This document shows, one piece after another, positions 47,431 through 55,970 of a stretch of 64,000 nucleotides of DNA. The notes under the pieces were generated by a model. It saw only the letters and a program-made list of their open reading frames with translations, did no database searches and had not been told where the DNA came from. Location of the stretch: the NCBI GenBank assembly GCA_014859105.1, contig JACUUX010000002.1, positions 34,118-98,117 on the forward strand, written 5' to 3'. Position 1 is the first letter of the stretch. Every line of letters begins with the position of its first letter. The translations under genes were made by a program, and so were the position numbers. This stretch comes from Nitrospirota bacterium (GTDB lineage Bacteria > Nitrospirota > Thermodesulfovibrionia > Thermodesulfovibrionales > SM23-35).

Positions 47431-48147
47431 ATGGAGTTTGAAGAAGTTATAAAAAAATATTTTCCTGTTATTTTCAGTGAAGTTGACTTTGTCCGAAAAA
47501 CATATAATGCTCTGAAAGAATTCGGGTTTAATGATGATAACAGCATCGCCTCTGTTTGTCTCTGCAGAGACGAGATTTCGCATACTGTCCGTAGCATTAT
47601 AAAGCATATATGGGGTGAAGCCTTTAATCTCTCAAGCCTTGCAGGAATGTTCACCGCAGGCAAGACAGGGCTGAAGGCCGCTATGCACCATGCCCCGAGA
47701 ATTGACGGCAGGGAACATTATGTATATTACGTGATCCCCCATATTGCAATCAACGAGGAGGGAAAGGTAGGTTTCTGCAAACGCAAGGGGATTAAGGCGA
47801 AATCAAGAGCCTGCGGGGCACTTTGCCTCTTTCTCGACGAACTCTCCAATGGGAAGATCTATATCACAATTGATGAAGAAGATATCGAACAGAGCCTTCT
47901 GAAAAGAAGACTTCTCAGGGAGATACCATATGGCCAGGTCCCTGACCTTCTCGATCTCACGAAAATAACCAGGAAGGTTATTCAGGAAGACCTCGAGAAT
48001 GCCCTTGAAAAGGTGGTCGATACGACAAAGAGTGATTATGCAGTGTTGACAGGAATCCAGATACATGCGCCGGACACAAACTACATATGGCCGGCGGATT
48101 CCTATGTGGTAATAAACGGTAAGAAGCAGGAATTAAAAATAGAATAA
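47431..48147 (+). CDS. LCIB-family (beta/theta-type) carbonic-anhydrase-like protein, putative
   Basis: RBS AGGAGG at 47421-26. 238 aa, soluble. EFGFNDDNSIASVCLCRDEI (C45, D47), VIPHIAI (H104) and SRACGAL (C128). The Cys/His/Cys spacing of 59/24 resembles the LCIB zinc triad as I recall it. Confidence 0.5.
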   Translation: MEFEEVIKKYFPVIFSEVDFVRKTYNALKEFGFNDDNSIASVCLCRDEISHTVRSIIKHIWGEAFNLSSLAGMFTAGKTGLKAAMHHAPRIDGREHYVYYVIPHIAINEEGKVGFCKRKGIKAKSRACGALCLFLDELSNGKIYITIDEEDIEQSLLKRRLLREIPYGQVPDLLDLTKITRKVIQEDLENALEKVVDTTKSDYAVLTGIQIHAPDTNYIWPADSYVVINGKKQELKIE

Positions 48148-48160
48148 AGGGAACAGGGCA

Positions 48161-48652
48161 ATGAGATACGTTTTAACCTTTTCTATTCTTTTTATACACT
48201 GGATAGTATGGTCGGGCATATTCGATGCGTATCATCTTTCCCTCGGCGTTATTTCCTGTGGCATTGTTACGTACACTTCGCACAGCCTTTTATTTGAAAG
48301 GAAAGAATTCAGAGCCGTTCACATAACCGAAGTAATACGCTTCGTCAAATACCTGTGCTGGCTTTTTTACCAGATCATTCTGGCCAATATTCATGTCATG
48401 AGAATTTCACTCAGTCCGAGGATGCTTGACCTGATAGATCCGCAAATAATACGATTCAAAACAAAACTGAAAAAGGATATATCCCTTGTAACCTTTGGCA
48501 ACTCGATTACCCTCACACCGGGTACTATTACCATGGTTGTTGAGGAAGGGTATTATTATGTGCATGCCCTGGATACCAAGGTAGCCGAAGGCCTGCCCGG
48601 AGAAATGGAAGATAGGGTTGCACATATCTTCATGGAGGATCGGAATGGATAA
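48161..48652 (+). CDS. mrpE: Mrp/Mnh antiporter subunit E (MbhA-like)
   Basis: 163 aa. N-terminal FILWIVWSG-type membrane helices. ITLTPGT motif typical of MnhE. Confidence 0.75.
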   Translation: MRYVLTFSILFIHWIVWSGIFDAYHLSLGVISCGIVTYTSHSLLFERKEFRAVHITEVIRFVKYLCWLFYQIILANIHVMRISLSPRMLDLIDPQIIRFKTKLKKDISLVTFGNSITLTPGTITMVVEEGYYYVHALDTKVAEGLPGEMEDRVAHIFMEDRNG

Positions 48653-48911
48653 CTTTTTATTGGGCGTCAGCATATTCCTCAGTGTTCTGGTAATCCTTTC
48701 GCTGTACCGCGCCGTCTTTGGCCCTACAGACATCGACAGGATAGTCGGTGTAGGAGCGGTAGGCACAAAAACACTTGTCATACTGATCCTGATGGGATTT
48801 ATATATAACCGGGTCGATATGTTTATTGATATAGCGCTTCTCTATGCGATTATCAACTTTGTCGGTGGATTACTATTCGCACGATTTTTCATGAGAAAAG
48901 GGGTGTTGTAG
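48645..48911 (+). CDS. mrpF: Mrp/Mnh antiporter subunit F (MbhB-like)
   Basis: LYRAVFGPT..DRIVGVGAVGTK...... matches the MnhF pattern. The ATG at 48645 overlaps the mrpE stop (ATGGATAA). Confidence 0.8.
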   Translation: MDNFLLGVSIFLSVLVILSLYRAVFGPTDIDRIVGVGAVGTKTLVILILMGFIYNRVDMFIDIALLYAIINFVGGLLFARFFMRKGVL

Positions 48912-49271
48912 ATGGCTCTCGTTGCGGTTGTGCTCATTTCAATCGGCGTCTTTTTCATGTTTGCAGGAACGATCGGCTTCCTCCGTTTGCCGGACTTCTA
49001 CACCCGGATGCATTCGACCGGCAAAAGCGATACACTGGGGATGGTCCTCGCATTTACCGGACTTGCCCTCTATAATCTGGACCACGGGTTGACGCTTTCG
49101 AGTTTCCTCGTGAGTCTCAAAATCATGTTCATAGCCATTTTCTGGTTCGTGGGCAGTCCCACGGTAACACATACGATCACACGGGCGGCCTTCAAGTCAA
49201 AGATAGCGCCATGGACAAAGGACGGAAGGCATGTCATTGACTGGCCGCCGGATAAGGGGGGATCAAAATGA
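48912..49271 (+). CDS. mrpG: Mrp/Mnh antiporter subunit G (MbhC-like)
   Basis: GTIGFLRLPDFYTRMHSTGKSDTLG is the MnhG signature. Confidence 0.85.
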   Translation: MALVAVVLISIGVFFMFAGTIGFLRLPDFYTRMHSTGKSDTLGMVLAFTGLALYNLDHGLTLSSFLVSLKIMFIAIFWFVGSPTVTHTITRAAFKSKIAPWTKDGRHVIDWPPDKGGSK

Positions 49272-49513
49272 TCTGGCAACTGGATATAATACTTCTCTTG
49301 CTTGTAGTAATATGTGCTGCTGCTGCCATTACGGTGAAGAACCTTTTCAGTGCGACCGTTCTCTTCGGCGCATTCAGCTTTCTGATGTGCATGTTATGGA
49401 CTGAGATGGGCGCTGTTGATGTTGCCTTCACCGAGGCTGCGGTCGGTGCCGGTGTCAGCACCGCATTCTTTATCGCGGCTATCTTTCAAACTTCAAGGAG
49501 GTCAAGAGATTGA
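49268..49513 (+). CDS. DUF4040 / MbhD-like small membrane subunit (MrpA C-terminal-domain equivalent)
   Basis: 81 aa. ...AVDVAFTEAAVGAGVST... is typical of DUF4040. ATGA overlap with mrpG. Confidence 0.7.
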   Translation: MIWQLDIILLLLVVICAAAAITVKNLFSATVLFGAFSFLMCMLWTEMGAVDVAFTEAAVGAGVSTAFFIAAIFQTSRRSRD

Positions 49514-49782
49514 AATTCATAGCCCTAATCGCAACACTCATGACAGGCGCATTACTGATGTATGCAGAGGCAGACTTCCCGGTCTGGGGTGACCCTGATT
49601 CACCGGCGAGCCTTCATTTATCGCCCCGGTATATCGAGAAGGCTATGGAGGAAACTTCTGTGCCGAATATGGTAACCGCGGTCCTTGCTGATTACAGGGG
49701 GTACGACACAATGTTCGAAACAGCAGTCATTTTCTCGGCAGGGATTGCAGTAGTTATGCTGATAAGGAGGCCGCGGCAATGA
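49510..49782 (+). CDS. MbhE-like small membrane subunit (MnhB-related N-terminal piece)
   Basis: 90 aa. NMVTAVLADYRGYDTMFET motif. TTG start overlapping the upstream stop. Confidence 0.7.
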   Translation: MKFIALIATLMTGALLMYAEADFPVWGDPDSPASLHLSPRYIEKAMEETSVPNMVTAVLADYRGYDTMFETAVIFSAGIAVVMLIRRPRQ

Positions 49783-50231
49783 TCCAGAGGACAGCAAATA
49801 TCATCCCCCGTACCATAGCCAGGATCCTAATCCCGGCGATACAGGTGTTTGGTCTCTATGTCATAGCTCATGGACACGGAAGTCCCGGCGGAGGTTTCCA
49901 GGGAGGCTGCATCCTCGCAGCAAGTTTCATCTTAATGACCATAGCTTACGGCCTTGAAGACACGAAGAGGCGCTTCACCGAAAATATGAACAATATCCTT
50001 TCGAGCCTCGGGGTTTTTATTTATGCGCTGACAGGCTGGATGTGCCTCCTTCTCGGCGCCAATTTCCTGGACTACAGCGCCCTGAGCGCAATCTTGCCGG
50101 CTGATCCCGTGAAGGCGCGGTATCTTGGCATGTTTATTATCGAAGTTGGCGTGGGCATTACAGTAATGGCAGTAATGGTGTCTCTTTTTATTGACCTTGT
50201 TACGGGTGGGAAGCATGGGGAGGGACTTTAA
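49779..50231 (+). CDS. mrpB: Mrp/Mnh antiporter subunit B (MbhF-like)
   Basis: 150 aa. GHGSPGGGFQGG is the MnhB signature. Confidence 0.8.
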   Translation: MIQRTANIIPRTIARILIPAIQVFGLYVIAHGHGSPGGGFQGGCILAASFILMTIAYGLEDTKRRFTENMNNILSSLGVFIYALTGWMCLLLGANFLDYSALSAILPADPVKARYLGMFIIEVGVGITVMAVMVSLFIDLVTGGKHGEGL

Positions 50232-50234
50232 TCC

Positions 50235-50612
50235 ATGGAATTCATAATCAGCAAATACAACTACTGGATGTACATAGTTCTTATGATGATAGGTTTTTAT
50301 GCAATGATCGCAAAGCGCAATCTGGTCAAAAAACTCCTCGGACTGAATATCTTCCAGTGGGCCATTATACTGTTCTACGTATCTACAGGAGTCAAAAAGG
50401 GCGCAACTATTCCCATCATAGAGGGCGGGCACGGCGAATTGGTGCACGCGGTGAACGCCGCTCAATACCTGAATCCTCTTCCGCATGTGCTTATGCTCAC
50501 AGCGATTGTTGTCGGTGTGAGCACCACGGGGGTAGCCCTTGCTCTCATAGTTCTGATTTACCGGAGATTCGGGACAGTGGAAGAGGATGAAATATTAGAG
50601 GCTCTGAAATGA
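50235..50612 (+). CDS. mrpC: Mrp/Mnh antiporter subunit C (NuoK-like, MbhG-like)
   Basis: 125 aa, 3 helices. NLVKKLLGLNIF... LTAIVVGVSTTGVALALIV. Confidence 0.8.
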   Translation: MEFIISKYNYWMYIVLMMIGFYAMIAKRNLVKKLLGLNIFQWAIILFYVSTGVKKGATIPIIEGGHGELVHAVNAAQYLNPLPHVLMLTAIVVGVSTTGVALALIVLIYRRFGTVEEDEILEALK

Positions 50613-52111
50613 TGATGGAACATTTGCCCGCCATTATAATAGTTTTTCCGCTGATAATGGCATTTTTAATCAATGTCGCCGGTTGGTGGTCGAAAAAAGC
50701 GTGTTTCTATATGGCGCTCCTTGCGGTCACAGTGAGCTTTCTCGCTTCTCTCGGGATTCTCAATACTGTTCTGCAGAGCGGTACGATCAGTTACAGGTTC
50801 GGAGGTTGGGAGCCGCCGTGGGGCATAGAATATGTCATCGACCACCTGAACGCTTTCATGCTGGTAATCGTCTCGGGGATTACACTTCCTGTTGTGCTCT
50901 ATTCGAAAAAGAGTATCGAGCAGGAATTGCCCAAGAAAATTCCCCAGTTTTACACCCTTTTTACACTTCTCATGATGGGACTTCTGGGGATAACCATTAC
51001 CGGCGATGCATTCAACCTGTACGTGTTGCTGGAAATTGCATCGATAACAGGCTATGCCCTGATTGGACTGGGGGATGAAAAAGCGCCTCTCGCAAGCTTC
51101 AATTATTTGATCATAGGAACTATCGGCGCTTGTTTCTATCTGCTCGGAGTGGGCTATCTCTACATCATGACGGGTTCACTGAATATGGCTGATCTGGCTC
51201 AGCGGCTGCCGGCGCTTTACTCATCCAATGCGGTTATGGCGGCATTTGCATTCTTTATGGTAGGCATCGCCATCAAGATGGCCTTCTTCCCTCTGCACGT
51301 CTGGCTTCCTGATGCATACTCGCATGCTCCTTCGACAGTAAGTGCATACGTCGCCTGCACGATGACAAAGGTCGGCGCATATGTCATGATCCGGATCATG
51401 TTCACCGTGTTCGAACCTTCTTTTTCAATACAACTGCACCCTGTTACTACCATATTCGGCTGGGTTGCAGCAGCTGCGATGATGTACGGATGTATCCTTG
51501 CCGTTGCACAGAATGACCTGAAGAGGATGCTCTGCTATATCATTATCGCCGAGGTGGGATATATCGTAATGGGCATAAGTGCAGCTAATCGCATGGGATT
51601 CACCGGCGCAGTCCTCCATATCTTAAATGATGCCTTTATGATGGCATGCCTGTTCCTGGTAGTGGGAGCCATATATTATAAAACCGGGGCAAAAACTATT
51701 GGAGAATATCGGGGCCTGTTCAAAAAGATGCCTTTTACCTCGATGAGTTTTGCCGTTGGAGCGCTCTCAGTCGTTGGGGTTCCACCGACGTGCGGTTTCT
51801 TCAGCAAATGGTACCTGGTTTTGGGGACCATAAACGCAGAGCAATGGGTTTTCGCTGCTGCGCTCCTTGCGAGCAGCCTGCTAAGCGCCATTGTGTTTTT
51901 CAGGGTCCTGCAGAATATGTTTTTTGCACCCGCTGCATCTTCTTCTCACGACCAGGGGAGTGAGTCGCATGTTCAGGAGAAGAGGCATGAAGCACCGGGA
52001 AGCATGCTCATCCCGATATTCGTGACGATTGCAGGGATACTCCTGCTTGGTGTTTTCAGCGGTCAGATAATCGAGATGATAATTCAATATACCGTTCCAG
52101 AGGGATTCTGA
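50609..52111 (+). CDS. mrpD: Mrp subunit D / NuoM-N-type antiporter-like subunit, copy 1
   Basis: 500 aa, PF00361-type. LLEIASITGYALI (TM5 Glu). IAIKMAFFPLHVWLPDAYSHAP (TM7 Lys). Confidence 0.85.
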   Translation: MMMEHLPAIIIVFPLIMAFLINVAGWWSKKACFYMALLAVTVSFLASLGILNTVLQSGTISYRFGGWEPPWGIEYVIDHLNAFMLVIVSGITLPVVLYSKKSIEQELPKKIPQFYTLFTLLMMGLLGITITGDAFNLYVLLEIASITGYALIGLGDEKAPLASFNYLIIGTIGACFYLLGVGYLYIMTGSLNMADLAQRLPALYSSNAVMAAFAFFMVGIAIKMAFFPLHVWLPDAYSHAPSTVSAYVACTMTKVGAYVMIRIMFTVFEPSFSIQLHPVTTIFGWVAAAAMMYGCILAVAQNDLKRMLCYIIIAEVGYIVMGISAANRMGFTGAVLHILNDAFMMACLFLVVGAIYYKTGAKTIGEYRGLFKKMPFTSMSFAVGALSVVGVPPTCGFFSKWYLVLGTINAEQWVFAAALLASSLLSAIVFFRVLQNMFFAPAASSSHDQGSESHVQEKRHEAPGSMLIPIFVTIAGILLLGVFSGQIIEMIIQYTVPEGF

Positions 52112-52122
52112 CAGGAGAGGCG

Positions 52123-53634
52123 ATGGAAATCATTCATTCTTCGAGACCGGCTTTAGCAATACTGGTATCTTTGATCGCAGCATTTCTCATCCTTATTACA
52201 GGAGAAAGGTCGAGGAATCTCAGAGAATTCTGGACTATCCTCGCCTCGGTTGTCAAATTTTCGGTCGTCCTTTCGATGGTGCCGTTTATACTGGAAGGCA
52301 AAGTAATCGAATATACCGTTCTCTCAATCTCGCCGGGCCTTTCGGTCCAGTTCAGGGTCGACGCATTGGGAATAATTTTCGGACTGACGGCATCGTTCCT
52401 CTGGATTATTACTTCTTTCTATTCCATAGGATATGTTAGGTCACTGAAAGAGCACGCACAGACAAGATATTTTGTCTGCTTCGCTGTTGCACTGTCTGCA
52501 ACCATGGGCGTTGCATTTTCCGCGAATATGTTTACGACGTTCCTCTTTTATGAAATCATTACCATATGTACGTTTCCGCTTGTTGCACACAAAGAAACTC
52601 CTGAAGCCATACAGGGCGCAAGGAAATATCTGACATATCTTCTGGGCACGTCCATTGCATTTCAGTTATTGGCAGTATTTATGACCTACCATGTTGCCGG
52701 AACCCTGGATTTCAGGTATGAGGGCTTATTGAACGGAGCCCGCGGCAATGCGACCGATATGCTCCTGATAATCATATTCATACTCTACATGGCGGGAATT
52801 ACCAAGGCCGCCATGATGCCGCTCCATGGATGGCTCCCTGCCGCCATGGTCGCACCAACACCGGTCAGCGCACTCCTTCACGCCGTAGCAGTCGTCAAAA
52901 CAGGGGTCTTTGTGGTAGTCAAGGTTGTTCTCCACATTTTCGGGATTAATCTTCTTACTCAGCTCGGCCTCGGCACTGCGCTCGCATATTTCGCTTGCGT
53001 TACCATAGTTGTCGCTTCTGTAATTGCCCTGACGCAGGATAATTTAAAGCGGAGACTCGCCTACTCCACCATAAGTCAACTCTCCTATGTTATTCTCGGA
53101 GTTGCACTCCTGACCCCATCAGGCATTACCGGCAGCATCATGCACATTACTATTCATGCGTTCGGCAAAATAACTCTCTTCTTCACTGCAGGCGCCATAT
53201 ATGTGGCAACACATAAAACAAATGTGAGTGAACTTGACGGGATTGGCAGGCAGATGCCATTCACCATGGGAGCCTTTACCCTGGGCGCTCTTTCCATGAT
53301 AGGGGTACCTCCACTCGGCGGCTTCATCAGTAAATGGTATCTGGCCTTAGGTGCTATCGAAGCTGAACAACTCCCAGTAATTATAGTATTGGCTGCGAGC
53401 ACGCTCCTGAATGCCGGATATTTTTTGCCCATCGTATATGCTGCTTTCTTCAAAGAGCCTGCTCCTGAGCACCATCATAATCCAGGGCAGAAATCAAAGA
53501 TACAGGAAGCTCCTGTACTAATGGTAGTACCACTCGTCCTTACCGGCATTGGGGCATTTGTATTATTTCTTGCACCAACATTTTTTCTTGATATTGCAAG
53601 AATTGCTTTGCATGCAGTCGTAGGAGGAAATTAA
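52123..53634 (+). CDS. mrpD: Mrp subunit D / NuoM-N-type antiporter-like subunit, copy 2
   Basis: 503 aa. FLFYEIITICTFPLV. GITKAAMMPLHGWLPAAMVAPTPVSALLH. Confidence 0.85.
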   Translation: MEIIHSSRPALAILVSLIAAFLILITGERSRNLREFWTILASVVKFSVVLSMVPFILEGKVIEYTVLSISPGLSVQFRVDALGIIFGLTASFLWIITSFYSIGYVRSLKEHAQTRYFVCFAVALSATMGVAFSANMFTTFLFYEIITICTFPLVAHKETPEAIQGARKYLTYLLGTSIAFQLLAVFMTYHVAGTLDFRYEGLLNGARGNATDMLLIIIFILYMAGITKAAMMPLHGWLPAAMVAPTPVSALLHAVAVVKTGVFVVVKVVLHIFGINLLTQLGLGTALAYFACVTIVVASVIALTQDNLKRRLAYSTISQLSYVILGVALLTPSGITGSIMHITIHAFGKITLFFTAGAIYVATHKTNVSELDGIGRQMPFTMGAFTLGALSMIGVPPLGGFISKWYLALGAIEAEQLPVIIVLAASTLLNAGYFLPIVYAAFFKEPAPEHHHNPGQKSKIQEAPVLMVVPLVLTGIGAFVLFLAPTFFLDIARIALHAVVGGN

Positions 53635-53635
53635 G

Positions 53636-53764
53636 ATGCACAAAGAAGAAGGTGCAGAATTAGATGAACTAAAGCATGAAGCAAAACCAGGATATAGAAC
53701 TGTATTTTTTGTTTCGGTTATCGTAGCTGCTGTATATCTTGGTGCAATTTTTTGCTTTGGTTAA
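53636..53764 (+). CDS. 42-aa single-pass membrane peptide (below the ORF-track size cut-off)
   Basis: My translation: MHKEEGAELDELKHEAKPGYRTVFFVSVIVAAVYLGAIFCFG. The ATG lies 1 nt after the mrpD2 stop and is preceded by GGAGGAAA. The next gene starts 11 nt later. Confidence 0.55.
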   Translation: MHKEEGAELDELKHEAKPGYRTVFFVSVIVAAVYLGAIFCFG

Positions 53765-53775
53765 AGGAGTTCTAA

Positions 53776-54018
53776 ATGGGAAAAGAGTATTTTTTTGATA
53801 AGCCCAAGAATGTGAAGAGACTTTTACTGGGGTTTTACATATTCCTTTTCGTGATCTTAATTGCTGAATTTTTTATCCATAAACATATCTTTTTCCGATG
53901 GGAAAGGTATCCCTTCTTCTACGCGATGTTCGGATTCGTAGCCTTTGTCGGATTGATTATCGCAGCAAAATATATTCTGCGCCCTGTTATTAAGAGAAGA
54001 GAGGATTATTATGATTAA
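53776..54018 (+). CDS. 80-aa two-helix membrane protein, unknown family
   Basis: RBS AGGAG at 53765-69. Hydrophobic segments LLLGFYIFLFVILIAEFFI and FFYAMFGFVAFVGLIIAAKYIL. Its end overlaps the next gene by 8 nt. Confidence 0.6.
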   Translation: MGKEYFFDKPKNVKRLLLGFYIFLFVILIAEFFIHKHIFFRWERYPFFYAMFGFVAFVGLIIAAKYILRPVIKRREDYYD

Positions 54019-55843
54019 TACCGTCCCTCCGGCAGCGATATTCATTATAGGGGCATTATTTATCCCACTTTTTAAAGGGAAATTAAAAAGTGTCTACCTT
54101 TTACTCTTACCAATAGTCGGGTTTATAAACCTTATCAATATACCGGAGGGTTCACACTGGGCAATCGGATTTCTCGATTACCAATTGGTTTTTGGTCAAG
54201 TTGACAGACTCAGTCTGTTTTTCGGATACATCTATCACCTCATCTCATTTATCGCTATTCTCTATTCCATCCACGTAAAGGATGACTTTCATCATATGGC
54301 GTCCATCTTTTACGCAGGTGCTGCTATAGGCGTTGTATTTGCGGGAGATTTAATATCACTCTTTATATTCTGGGAGATTATGGCCCTTGCTGCAACATAC
54401 CTCGTATGGGCCCGGAAAACAAAGGAATCATCGGGCGCGGGAATGAGATATCTCCTTGTCCATCTCTTTGGAGGTCTCTGTCTTCTTGCAGGGATAGTAA
54501 TACATGTCTTAGGAACAGGCTCCGTTGAGTTCGGATATTTAGGATTAAATGGGTTAGGAACGCTGCTCATATTCATTGGTTTCGGTATTAATTGCGCATG
54601 GCCCGGTCTCCACGGATGGCTTACTGATGCGTATCCGCAGACAACAGCAACCGGTGCAGTATTTATGTGGACATTTACAACAAAAACAGCCGTTTACGTC
54701 CTTGCACGAGCATACCCCGGCACTGAAATTCTGATCTGGATCGGTGCTATCATGACCGTATTCCCCATATTTTTTGCTGTCGTTGAAAATGACCTGAGAA
54801 GGGTTCTCTCGTACAGCCTTATCAACCAGCTTGGCTACATGGTATGTGGAATCGGCATCGGGACACATCTGTCTCTTAACGGTACGGTGTCTCATGTCTT
54901 CTGTCATATTCTCTACAAGGCCCTTCTTGTCATGTCTATGGGTGCAGTGCTACATCGGACAGGTAAAATCAAGTGCACAGAACTGGGAGGACTTTACAAA
55001 AGTATGCCCTTAACCACCATATTCTGTATCGTTGGTGCTGCATCAATATCTGCATTTCCCCTTTTCAGCGGTTTCATCAGCAAATCGATGGTCGTTGAGG
55101 CATCGGCAACAGGAGGAATGGTAGTGATATGGCTTATGCTCCTTTTTGCCTCAGTTGGCGTCCTTGAACATGCCGGCATCAAGGTGCCTTTTCACGCCTT
55201 TTTCTCACACGACTCGGGAATTCGAACGAAAGAAGCCCCTCTTCATATGCTCATTGCAATGGGAATAACTGCTTTTCTGTGCATCTTTGTCGGTGTGCTC
55301 CCCGGTCCTTTATATAGTCTTCTCCCTTACCCTGTGAACTTCGAGCCATATACGGCATCTCATGTTGTTACGACATTGCAATTACTTAGTTTTGGAGCGC
55401 TTGCCTATATATTTCTACTTTTGTCAGGCATTTTCCCGGCAGAAATGAGGGCTACAAATCTGGATGTTGACTGGTTCTATAGAAAACCAGTTGCTGCCTT
55501 CCTGTGGTTTTGTAATGTTCCTTTAACTGTATTCAGAAATGGCATACAAACCTTCTCGTCCAGAGCTATAAAAGCAATTTCAAAATTTGCTACAGACCCA
55601 CTCATTGTTCCCGAAACAATTTTTAAAGGCATACAACTCGGAGTACTCAAAGCCCTGAGAGGTACACCGGATGAAACCACTCCAAAGATAGCCGCCCTGG
55701 AGTTCGAAATTAACCGGCTCATAAAAATGAAAGAAACGGGAAGGTATTACGGGACTGAAACGCCACGGAGGCCCGTTGGATTAGCTGTCCTCGTTTCTTT
55801 TGCGCTGATATTCTTGTATTTGATCGTTTATATGATCGTATGA
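54011..55843 (+). CDS. NuoL/MrpA-type antiporter-like subunit with a C-terminal lateral-helix-like extension and terminal TM anchor
   Basis: 610 aa. LFIFWEIMALAATYLVW (TM5 Glu). FGINCAWPGLHGWLTDAYP, where Asn replaces the TM7 Lys. C-terminal amphipathic stretch of about 100 aa, then LAVLVSFALIFLYLIVYMIV. Confidence 0.8.
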   Translation: MINTVPPAAIFIIGALFIPLFKGKLKSVYLLLLPIVGFINLINIPEGSHWAIGFLDYQLVFGQVDRLSLFFGYIYHLISFIAILYSIHVKDDFHHMASIFYAGAAIGVVFAGDLISLFIFWEIMALAATYLVWARKTKESSGAGMRYLLVHLFGGLCLLAGIVIHVLGTGSVEFGYLGLNGLGTLLIFIGFGINCAWPGLHGWLTDAYPQTTATGAVFMWTFTTKTAVYVLARAYPGTEILIWIGAIMTVFPIFFAVVENDLRRVLSYSLINQLGYMVCGIGIGTHLSLNGTVSHVFCHILYKALLVMSMGAVLHRTGKIKCTELGGLYKSMPLTTIFCIVGAASISAFPLFSGFISKSMVVEASATGGMVVIWLMLLFASVGVLEHAGIKVPFHAFFSHDSGIRTKEAPLHMLIAMGITAFLCIFVGVLPGPLYSLLPYPVNFEPYTASHVVTTLQLLSFGALAYIFLLLSGIFPAEMRATNLDVDWFYRKPVAAFLWFCNVPLTVFRNGIQTFSSRAIKAISKFATDPLIVPETIFKGIQLGVLKALRGTPDETTPKIAALEFEINRLIKMKETGRYYGTETPRRPVGLAVLVSFALIFLYLIVYMIV

Positions 55844-55970
55844 ACGTCCATTCTGTAGAAGAGCGGTTTTACCCGTAATAGCTTACCAGCAATAAGATAA
55901 TGTGAGGTCGAGGAAGAATTGAACCTATTTGTTCATTATTTATTATAATGTTATTATAAAAGTTGAGCAT

